A stretch of DNA of 14,841 nucleotides from NCBI GenBank assembly GCA_965369865.1, contig CBDURU010000087.1, positions 1 to 14,841 of the forward strand, given 5' to 3'. Under the pieces are notes generated by a model. That model made no database searches and was not told where the DNA came from. It was given only the letters and a program-made list of their open reading frames with translations. The position numbers were made by a program, and so were the translations under genes. This document shows, one piece after another, positions 8,031-14,841 of the stretch (its first letter is position 1; the number at the start of each line of letters is the position of its first letter). Origin of the DNA: an uncultured bacterium (GTDB lineage Bacteria > JAJVIF01 > JAPKYR01).

Positions 8031-8576
8031 CTTACCCACGAATCTATCAAGTTCGGTCCAGGTGAAAAGAGGTTTGAAATCAATCCCCATGCCTTTGAAT
8101 TTTTCAACCGCTCCGGCCTCACGATCCACTACTGAGATTAACCCGAGGATTTCAATATCCAGCTCCGGGTCGCGCAATACCTCAATCGCTTCAACCGCGG
8201 CGCCGCCGGATGTAATTACGTCTTCTATAATTGTAACTTTCTCGCCTTTAGTAATTCCCCCTTCGAGCTGAAGCCTTGTCCCGTATTCTTTCGCCCTTTT
8301 TCTGCAAAATCCCGCCTTGATTCCGGTGTGAAGGCTCAACGCGGTCGCGAGGGGTATCCCGCCCATTTCCAGGCCGATCAATCGCCCTGTGCCTTCGGGA
8401 ACAAGTTCCGCGAGATGCATGGCGATATTTTTCAGGAGATCGGGATCCGATTCGAACCGGTACTTATCGAAATACACATTGCTAGTCGCACCGGACCTCA
8501 GGAGGAATTCGCCTGTGATCCTGCTCGCTTTTACAATTCTCGATGCAAGTTCATCGCGTGAAATCTTCTCAGTCAT
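8028..8576 (-). CDS. pyrE: Orotate phosphoribosyltransferase
   Basis: GEFLLRSGATSNVYFDK, GLEMGGIPLA, RKRAKEYG, PRPP-binding IIEDVITSGGA and VVDRE motifs. SD GGAGA lies 9 nt upstream. Confidence 0.97.
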   Translation of the reverse strand: MTEKISRDELASRIVKASRITGEFLLRSGATSNVYFDKYRFESDPDLLKNIAMHLAELVPEGTGRLIGLEMGGIPLATALSLHTGIKAGFCRKRAKEYGTRLQLEGGITKGEKVTIIEDVITSGGAAVEAIEVLRDPELDIEILGLISVVDREAGAVEKFKGMGIDFKPLFTWTELDRFVGK

Positions 8577-8603
8577 TTTTATAGGTCTCCCGTTAACCTT
8601 GAA

Positions 8604-8612
8604 ATTCTACCA
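8604..8612 (-). promoter_or_regulatory. Putative extended -10 promoter (TGgTAGAAT) of pyrE
   Basis: Minus-strand TGGTAGAAT lies upstream of the SD. A second GGTAGAAT occurs at 8630-8637. No clear -35. Confidence 0.4.
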
Positions 8613-8694
8613 TAATCGCCCACAACCATATTCTACCGGGCAGCCAACCCCATAGGTGCCGACCGCATCCTGCGGTTGGAGGGTGTTGCAGTGA

Positions 8695-8803
8695 CGTAGC
8701 CCGGGAACCCGTATGTTATTCCTGCAATTATTTTAATCCGTTCGGAAGGGTTCCCGGGAATAAAATAACACGCCTGAATTTTTCGGCGGCTTCCCAGGCT
8801 ACG
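8695..8803. repeat. 109-bp element bounded by 17-bp imperfect inverted repeats, with an internal third copy (REP/MITE-like or structured RNA)
   Basis: CGTAGCCCGGGAACCCG (8695-8711) matches the reverse complement of CGGCTTCCCAGGCTACG (8787-8803) at 15/17. GGGTTCCCGGG (8748-8758) is a perfect complement of 8700-8710. Confidence 0.6.
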
Positions 8804-9062
8804 GAACTTTTGTCTCGCTGCGCGTGTGAATGGCACCCGGGACGTCCCGTCCGCATCATCAGGCAAGCTTCCACATTTTTCGATGGTTTTTCCCGCCAGG
8901 GCTATGAGTCGGCACGCGCCTTTTTTGAACTTACCCAAATCCTATGTGTCTATCAACATATATTCCTTATATGGCCATTCTGTGCTAGACTCCCTGGAGT
9001 TTAGCGATGTTAATTTTAGCTGGGCTTTCCGGGCACATACGAAAAATATTGGAGCTGACAAT

Positions 9063-11183
9063 ATGCGTTACCGATCTGTATTTCTGACCATTCTCATGAC
9101 GACGCTGGTCCTGGCTATGGCATTTCCGGTCCAGGCTAACGTTGAAACGATGACTGTAAGCGAGATCCTTCCCGGGATGCGGGGAATCGCAAAAACAGTT
9201 ATCCTAGGAACTGAAATCCGTGAATTCGACGTAGAGATTATCGATGTTTTCAGGAACCTTGGATTCAACGGCGGTCCGTTGATTTTCCTCAGAATATCCG
9301 GAGATGTTGTGGATGAAACCGGCGGGATCGCGGGTGGATACTCCGGCAGCCCGGTGTATATCGACGGGAAACTGATTGGCGCGTTGAGCTGGGGCGCGTA
9401 TTACACGGAAGGCGATATTGTCGGCGCTACTCCAATCCATGAAATGCTCAGGACGTTCACCTACCCCGACAATGAACCGGTCAGGATCGGTTCGGTCCCC
9501 GAATGCCTTGACCGTCCTATTGAGATTGGTGATCGAACGGTCGACAGTGTTTTCCTTGCCGATTACGGCGATGATGTCGGACATTTACAGGATGTATTCG
9601 GTGAAGAGACATTGATTATGCAACCATGTTCAACCCCGCTGATCGTCTCGGGCTTATCGCAGACCGGATTCGAAATGCTGAAAGAATTTGCCGAGGAAAG
9701 GTTGCCGTATGTAGACCTGGTCCAGGGTCCTGGCGGTGGATCAACCGACGGGGTACCGATTCTTCTTGGACCGACCATGATCGAACCCGGCTCCAGTATA
9801 GGGGCGCAACTCGCTACCGGCGATCTCGACCTGACCGCGGTAGGGACCCTGACATGGGTAGCGGATGATGGCCGATTCCTGGCATTCGGACACCCGTTCC
9901 TTGCCGATGGCGAAACCAACCTTCCGTTCGTGACGACCGAGGTCATTTACACCATGCCATCCGATATGCGATCCTTTAAGATGGCCGAACCGCTGGAAAT
10001 AGTCGGCACAATCACCCAGGACCGGTTGGCGTGTGTAGCGGGCCAGTTGTGGGAGGTTCCCGACATGGTGGATTTCCACCTGGTGGTCACAGATCACGAT
10101 ATCGACCGCACCCGTCGATTTAATTACAGCATTATCAACAAGGAAGACTGGCTGCCGATGCTGGGTTTGATGATCCCCATACAAGGGCTGATGTATGCGT
10201 CGGATCGAAGCGGTCCCAGCACATGCAAGGTCAATTTCACGATCTATGGAGAAGGCCTGGAGAAACCAATCACCCGTGAAAACCTTGTCTGGGGTAGTTA
10301 TGGGTCATCCGCTGCGCTAAATGAATTCATGGAAGCACTAAATATGGTCACAGCCGCAAATCCATTCCGCGAAGTGAAATTGACCCGTGTTGAGATCGAG
10401 GTTGAGATTACGAGCGCCAGGCAAACCCTGGATATCACCCGCGCGAGGTATCAGAACGCGCCGAATATAGGTCCTGGCGCAATCGGATATGAAGGTCCTC
10501 CGGATGAAGATGACAAGGAAGCCAAAGATGACGCGATCAACGATGCCGCTTTGTGGCTGCAGCAGGGGCCTTATCCTGATGATGAGATGATGTTAATGGA
10601 CGGGATGGACATGATTGACGCGTACGTTACTACCTTTCCATCCGATCTTGTTAAATACCATCCCGGCGACACAATCGAAATTCTCGTAACCCTCCGACCG
10701 TACAGGGAAGATACAATAGATGAAGTGATCAAAATTGAGATTCCGGAGGATTTCCCGGTCGGGCAAACTTCGGTCGAAATTACTGGGGGGAGCAGTTCGT
10801 CCTGGTTCGGCGGATACTTTTTCGATCCTTATATGGGGATGGGTTACGACTACTTTATGCCGCCGGAGGATCTTGATGAATCTATCGAGGAATTCATGAC
10901 ACGGGATAAAAATAACTCAATTGTCGTACGGCTTGTCAGGATAGAATCCGAAGACCCATACTACTATCTCCAGGATAATTACGAGGAACCTGAACCGATC
11001 AAGACGGTCCTCGAAATGGAGGACATCATTTTCGGCTGGTACAGTCTGCCGGTTGAGATTGTTGCCGGGGATTTTGAGGATGAATTTCTCCTGGAGGATG
11101 AGTTTCTCGACGAGGACCTGTTGTACGATGAGGAGTACATGGAACCGGATGATTCTGAAAGCAGTAACCCTCACAGAAATTAA
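9063..11183 (+). CDS. Secreted SpoIVB peptidase S55 domain-containing protein, 706 aa
   Basis: GGAG SD before ATG 9063. Sec signal ends AFPVQA. S55-type motifs PGMRGIAKTV..G..IREFDVEII, GIAGGYSGSPVYIDGKLIGALS, GTLTWV...FLAFGHPF and GTITQDR. Acidic C-terminal tail. Confidence 0.88.
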   Translation: MRYRSVFLTILMTTLVLAMAFPVQANVETMTVSEILPGMRGIAKTVILGTEIREFDVEIIDVFRNLGFNGGPLIFLRISGDVVDETGGIAGGYSGSPVYIDGKLIGALSWGAYYTEGDIVGATPIHEMLRTFTYPDNEPVRIGSVPECLDRPIEIGDRTVDSVFLADYGDDVGHLQDVFGEETLIMQPCSTPLIVSGLSQTGFEMLKEFAEERLPYVDLVQGPGGGSTDGVPILLGPTMIEPGSSIGAQLATGDLDLTAVGTLTWVADDGRFLAFGHPFLADGETNLPFVTTEVIYTMPSDMRSFKMAEPLEIVGTITQDRLACVAGQLWEVPDMVDFHLVVTDHDIDRTRRFNYSIINKEDWLPMLGLMIPIQGLMYASDRSGPSTCKVNFTIYGEGLEKPITRENLVWGSYGSSAALNEFMEALNMVTAANPFREVKLTRVEIEVEITSARQTLDITRARYQNAPNIGPGAIGYEGPPDEDDKEAKDDAINDAALWLQQGPYPDDEMMLMDGMDMIDAYVTTFPSDLVKYHPGDTIEILVTLRPYREDTIDEVIKIEIPEDFPVGQTSVEITGGSSSSWFGGYFFDPYMGMGYDYFMPPEDLDESIEEFMTRDKNNSIVVRLVRIESEDPYYYLQDNYEEPEPIKTVLEMEDIIFGWYSLPVEIVAGDFEDEFLLEDEFLDEDLLYDEEYMEPDDSESSNPHRN
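11076..11120 (+). repeat. 18-bp-period coding tandem repeat (EDEFLL/EDEFLD/EDL) in the acidic tail
   Basis: GAGGATGAATTTCTC (11076-11090), GAGGATGAGTTTCTC (11094-11108), and partial GAGGAC from 11112. Confidence 0.7.
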
Positions 11184-11195
11184 GTTATTATAGAA

Positions 11196-11224
11196 TTGAC
11201 AACATGTTACGAATTTGGAATGAT
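11196..11224 (+). promoter_or_regulatory. Possible sigma70 promoter for the hydrolase-lpxC unit
   Basis: Perfect TTGACA (11196-11201), 17-nt spacer ending TGG, and a weak -10 AATGAT (11219-11224). Confidence 0.35.
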
Positions 11225-11279
11225 TCGCCTCGGCTGGAGATTACTAAATGCCGGGGCTTTTATTATGGATGGACTTACC

Positions 11280-12167
11280 ATGAGAATTCGTAAATTAACT
11301 CTGGGATTCACACTTTTGATCTTTCTCACCGCGTTGATCGGCTCCTGTACCGTGAGAACCGAAGATGCTGATACTCCCGGAGATCGGAACGGGTCCGGCG
11401 AAACGCAGGTATTGATCGAATCAAGACAGATTTTTATTGATACATCGGACAGCGTAACAATTGTCGGAAGCCTGGAACTGGTCACGGGTGTTGAAAAATC
11501 ACCGGCCTGTCTCCTTGTACACATGCTTGGCTCGGACAGAAATTCGTACTCTGAATTCCAGCGGAAGCTTTTAAATGCCGGGATCAGCTCACTCGCGATC
11601 GACATGAGGGGCCATGGGGATTCGACAGCGGATGGTTCGCTGAATTACCGGGATTTCTCGGCGGAAGAATGGGACGCGGTTGTAAACGACATTAAAGCTG
11701 GAATGGATTTCCTGAGGGGTCTCGACAGCATCGATAGCGCACATATCGGAATAGTCGGAGCCAGTATCGGCGCGAATCTTGCAGTTGTCGCCGCTTCGGA
11801 AGAAAATCGCGATGAGGTTGAGAATACCGCAAGCTGCCTGGTGCTTCTAAGCCCCGGGATCAATTACCATGAAGTCCGGCCGCTCCAGTTCGCACGCGAT
11901 CTTGGCCATATTCCGGTATATATCGCATCGGCGGAAGAGGATGCTCAGAGCTACCGTGGATCGCAGAGTCTCAGCCAGGCAGCCCGTGGTGGGGAATTAT
12001 TTTCATTCCCCGGTAGAGATCATGGCACCGACCTTTTCGATGTCCATATGAATTTCATGGACGACCTGGTCGCGTGGCTGGAAATTAACTTAATGAAGAA
12101 CACCGAAAGCGTTGTGTCCATCACACCGGAAGTGCCGGATGAAAGCACTGATCCGGAAGGCGAATAA
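11280..12167 (+). CDS. Alpha/beta-fold hydrolase lipoprotein, 295 aa
   Basis: Lipobox LIGS-C23 from ATG 11280. Motifs LLVHMLG, AIDMRGHGDS, canonical GASIG elbow, LSPG, acid (AEED) and HGTD histidine. Confidence 0.88.
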   Translation: MRIRKLTLGFTLLIFLTALIGSCTVRTEDADTPGDRNGSGETQVLIESRQIFIDTSDSVTIVGSLELVTGVEKSPACLLVHMLGSDRNSYSEFQRKLLNAGISSLAIDMRGHGDSTADGSLNYRDFSAEEWDAVVNDIKAGMDFLRGLDSIDSAHIGIVGASIGANLAVVAASEENRDEVENTASCLVLLSPGINYHEVRPLQFARDLGHIPVYIASAEEDAQSYRGSQSLSQAARGGELFSFPGRDHGTDLFDVHMNFMDDLVAWLEINLMKNTESVVSITPEVPDESTDPEGE

Positions 12168-12174
12168 ACCGGAA

Positions 12175-13011
12175 ATGACTCAGAAACAGCATACACTCAA
12201 TGATGTAGCGATAATCGAAGGTAAGGGTGTATTCACGGGGTCCCTGGTGAGGGTGGAAATTCATCCCGCGCCGGTCGATCACGGCCCGTCGTTTGAACTT
12301 GTGCAGAATGAAACGAGCACACCAATTCCGGTGAATGTAAAAAATATTATCGAGACCGAAAACAGGACGGTACTGGCCGACATTGAGAAGCCTGAATGCC
12401 AGGTGAATCTGGTTGAACACTTACTCGGTACGCTGCACGGCCTTGGCGTAGATAACGCGCTCATCAGGATTAATTCAAACGAGGTGCCGCTTATCGATGG
12501 TTCCGCCCTCCCCTTTATTATGGCATTCGATAAGGTCGGATTGAAGGAACAGGACTCGGAGCGACGGGAAATTGTTATTGAGAAACCATTATTCATCGAT
12601 GACAACGCGCTTCTGATGGCGCTTCCGGGCGATACTCTGAAAATCACCTATTTCCTCGACCATCCGACAGATTTTGTGGGGAAACGAATCGCGCATATCG
12701 AGGTCACACCGGAAAATTTCCGTAAGCGTATCGGGCCAGCACGAACATTTATAAAGGCTGAGAAAGTCAAGGACCTGGTCGATACCGGCGCTGTCAAGCA
12801 CGACGACCAGAGCCAGGTATTAGTTATTCACAAGGACAAGGTTTCGCAACCGCTCAGGTTCGCGGATGAATTCTGCTACCACAAGATGCTGGATATTCTG
12901 GGCGACTTTTATCTTGGGGGACGAAGGATACGGGGGCATATTATCGGAGTACGATCGGGGCATTACCAGAACCGAAAAATGATCCGGAAGATTGTGGAGG
13001 AGTATTTGTAA
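12175..13011 (+). CDS. lpxC: UDP-3-O-acyl-N-acetylglucosamine deacetylase
   Basis: Q.TL...G.G..TG start, VEHLL, GVDNALI, EVPLIDGSA, PARTF, LRFADE, HKMLDILGD zinc motif and RSGH. Start ATG 12175 fits the family N-terminus (278 aa). Confidence 0.95.
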   Translation: MTQKQHTLNDVAIIEGKGVFTGSLVRVEIHPAPVDHGPSFELVQNETSTPIPVNVKNIIETENRTVLADIEKPECQVNLVEHLLGTLHGLGVDNALIRINSNEVPLIDGSALPFIMAFDKVGLKEQDSERREIVIEKPLFIDDNALLMALPGDTLKITYFLDHPTDFVGKRIAHIEVTPENFRKRIGPARTFIKAEKVKDLVDTGAVKHDDQSQVLVIHKDKVSQPLRFADEFCYHKMLDILGDFYLGGRRIRGHIIGVRSGHYQNRKMIRKIVEEYL

Positions 13012-13045
13012 CTCCATAATACTGCTCCGTAAAACTCCCGTATCG

Positions 13046-13130
13046 GAGCCGCGAACGTAAGTGAGCGAACGTAACAGAGCCGCGAACGTAAGTGAGCGGG
13101 CTTATCAGTAGCACGACCGTCAGGGAGTCG
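13046..13130 (+). repeat. REP-like cluster: two perfect 22-bp direct repeats plus a diverged third copy
   Basis: GAGCCGCGAACGTAAGTGAGCG at 13046-13067 and 13077-13098 (31-bp period). An extra GCGAACGTAA at 13065-13074. Related GCACGACCGTCAGGGAGTCG at 13111-13130. Confidence 0.8.
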
Positions 13131-13140
13131 CTCCATCTTC

Positions 13141-14778
13141 ATGGCCGATCAGCTAACTAAAATCCAACCGAATAAGTCATGGCTGATGTTTGTCAGTCTC
13201 CTCGCGCTCGCGATTCTCTATCTCGCATTCCCCTCCTACCGCTATTTCGCCGACTCGCTGGATTACGCCTGGACAATGGAGACCGACGCAGGCTGGATCG
13301 TGCATCCGCATCATCCAATGTTCCCGTTTCTCGCGCATGCGGTTTACCGGATTCTTGGCGGACTGGAAAGCGGAATTTCAGGGCTCGATATTTTACTCTA
13401 CTGGTCTGTCGCAGCCGGGATTGTCGCGTGTATCGGGATGGTTCTGATCCTGAGGAACAGCGGACATGCAATTCCGACAGTACTGTTAAGCCTTGGACTG
13501 TTCGCATTTTCAAGGGGAATCTGGTATTTCAGTACCACCCCAAATCAGCACTCCACAGGATTAATGCTCAATGTCCTTACGCTGCTTGCCATTGTGTACG
13601 CACTGAAGGGATCGGCGACCGGTATATCGAGAGGTCAGACAATTGTGATCGGTATCCTGACCGGACTTGCGGTACACACGACCAAGCTGAATATCGGTCT
13701 CGTATTGCCGGCGGCGTATGTTATTCTCAGCAACAATATCCCTTTCAGAAAAAGAATTACAAATATGGCCTGGTACATCGCCACAACCATGGTTGTCGGA
13801 GGGATTTTGTTAATCCTGCTCGGCACAATTTACGCCGGTCTGAATACCGCTACTGATTTCATTAACTGGCAGCAATCGTATGTCATGAAAGCCCGATGGT
13901 GGCCGGACAATTTCATAGACACCGTTCAGCGGAACTGGGTCGGATTGATCGGACTGCACCTGTCATCGGTTTTCAACGCGGACGGACTTTTCGGTGAACG
14001 GGTCGCTGATTTCGGTTCGCCACAATGGTTCAAGTGGATATTTATTAAAACCGGACAGGCTTTAGTACTGCTTTTTCTTGCGATCGAATTAATAAGGGCA
14101 TTTATTGAGTGGTACCGAAACCGCTCCCAGTGGCGGCTGCAGACTCTCGGGCTTATCGCCGCCATTCCGGCATTCCTATTTTCGAGTGTCTACACACCCG
14201 AATGGCCGAATATCCGCATCCTCTATTTACCGGGAATTCTACTTTTTCTCGCTCCCGCGCTCGAACGCCATTACCACCTCGATAAATTATCATTTCGGAG
14301 ATCGTGGCCAATCCTGCTTGTTGTTGTATCCCTCTTCGCTGTCAATTTCACAAGTAAGGTCCTTTTTGAATCAGGGCCTGATAATAACCCATATTTATAC
14401 GAGGCTACCGGCCTTCAGGAAACTCTCGATGAAGGCGACCTCTTCATATGTTCCGGCACCGATGAGGGATTCCTGAGAGGCCTTTACACCCGGTACGCCA
14501 CTCGTTGTGAATATATCCAGTCGAATGAACTCGTGAGATTGATCCGGCTGGACGAAGACGAGGTTGTCGATAACTTCATTGAAAGATTAGAGAACGGCCA
14601 TACCATTCTTGTACATGAAGAATCAATGTCGGGGGAAGATATCGAATTCTGTAACGCGAGGGACGGTACCGACATTGGGGTCGACGAGCTAGGTTTATTT
14701 CTGGAGCGACACCTTGAGATGAGAGGATATTTTGTAATAAATGAGAAAAAATTTATATTTATCGGTCTGGGTGAGTAA
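13141..14778 (+). CDS. Polytopic membrane protein, probable GT-C-fold glycosyltransferase (distant DUF2723/PMT/ArnT-like), 545 aa
   Basis: The first helix is followed by YFADSLDYA...HPHHPMF, then FAFSRGIWYFS (compare AFSRVFWWHA in the DUF2723 gene) and GILTGLAVHT. About 10-11 hydrophobic segments and a soluble C-terminal domain. Confidence 0.7.
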   Translation: MADQLTKIQPNKSWLMFVSLLALAILYLAFPSYRYFADSLDYAWTMETDAGWIVHPHHPMFPFLAHAVYRILGGLESGISGLDILLYWSVAAGIVACIGMVLILRNSGHAIPTVLLSLGLFAFSRGIWYFSTTPNQHSTGLMLNVLTLLAIVYALKGSATGISRGQTIVIGILTGLAVHTTKLNIGLVLPAAYVILSNNIPFRKRITNMAWYIATTMVVGGILLILLGTIYAGLNTATDFINWQQSYVMKARWWPDNFIDTVQRNWVGLIGLHLSSVFNADGLFGERVADFGSPQWFKWIFIKTGQALVLLFLAIELIRAFIEWYRNRSQWRLQTLGLIAAIPAFLFSSVYTPEWPNIRILYLPGILLFLAPALERHYHLDKLSFRRSWPILLVVVSLFAVNFTSKVLFESGPDNNPYLYEATGLQETLDEGDLFICSGTDEGFLRGLYTRYATRCEYIQSNELVRLIRLDEDEVVDNFIERLENGHTILVHEESMSGEDIEFCNARDGTDIGVDELGLFLERHLEMRGYFVINEKKFIFIGLGE

Positions 14779-14804
14779 TTTTCTGATCAACACCGGGGAC
14801 ATCC

Positions 14805-14841
14805 ATGGTAAGTAAAGTCAAGGAGAGACGGAGTTCTCCTG
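14805..14841 (+). CDS. Possible 5' end of the next gene (MVSKVKERRSSP...), truncated by the window
   Basis: GGGGA at 14795-14799 precedes ATG 14805, and the frame is open to the window end. Only 12 codons are visible. Confidence 0.35.
   Translation, partial: MVSKVKERRSSP

Noticed and set aside
8633..8938. 101-aa minus-strand ORF upstream of pyrE
   Set aside because: No recognisable motif, and it runs through the inverted repeats and palindromes. More likely non-coding, although not excluded.
8826..9062. 79-codon N-terminal extension of the S55 ORF (and similar extensions at 2828-2848, 5118-5171, 11196-11279 and 12112-12174)
   Set aside because: Downstream ATGs give proper signal peptides or family N-termini, and in some cases clear SD sequences.
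8577..9062. tRNA, tmRNA, SRP RNA, 6S RNA or PyrR attenuator in the long spacer
   Set aside because: I recognised no T-loop/cloverleaf, SRP loop or PyrR consensus. An Rfam scan would be needed to exclude them formally.
9063..11183. Evidence of sporulation from the SpoIVB-like gene
   Set aside because: The architecture differs from Bacillus SpoIVB (no PDZ, permuted motifs, long C-terminus) and no other spo genes are present.
13046..13098. Direct repeats as a mini-CRISPR array
   Set aside because: Only two 22-bp copies, a 9-nt spacer derived from the repeat itself, and no cas genes in the window.
13179..13856. 225-aa alternative-frame ORF inside the GT-C gene
   Set aside because: Arg/Ser/Cys-rich with no motifs and fully nested, typical of a shadow frame of a hydrophobic membrane-protein gene.
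381..14675. Numerous 60-150 aa antisense or nested ORFs in the six-frame track
   Set aside because: They overlap well-supported genes and lack motifs or credible starts.
14821..14840. AGGAGA...TCTCCT hairpin as a terminator
   Set aside because: Short 6-bp stem, no U-tract visible before the window ends, and probably inside the next CDS.

Overview
This window is an intact, gene-dense stretch of bacterial chromosome with roughly balanced GC, from a diderm LPS-producing organism (it carries lpxC). It is dominated by cell-envelope genes. In order: a 905-aa multidomain lipoprotein (-); a DUF2723/TMEM260-like GT-C membrane glycosyltransferase (-); two lipoproteins carrying three tandem paralogous CocE/NonD-like alpha/beta-hydrolase domains with an atypical active-site layout (+); pyrE (-); a repeat-rich intergenic region; a secreted SpoIVB/S55-type peptidase (+); an alpha/beta-hydrolase lipoprotein (+); lpxC (+); a small REP-like repeat cluster; and a second GT-C-like membrane protein (+). 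I found no rRNA, tRNA, CRISPR array, transposase, integrase, phage or recognisable defence gene. I cannot demonstrate a new biological system here. The best leads are the non-canonical hydrolase triplet, a possible protein-glycosylation module (GT-C enzymes plus Ig-fold or tether-bearing lipoproteins), and the structured element upstream of pyrE. All family assignments come from motif recognition by eye, not from database searches.
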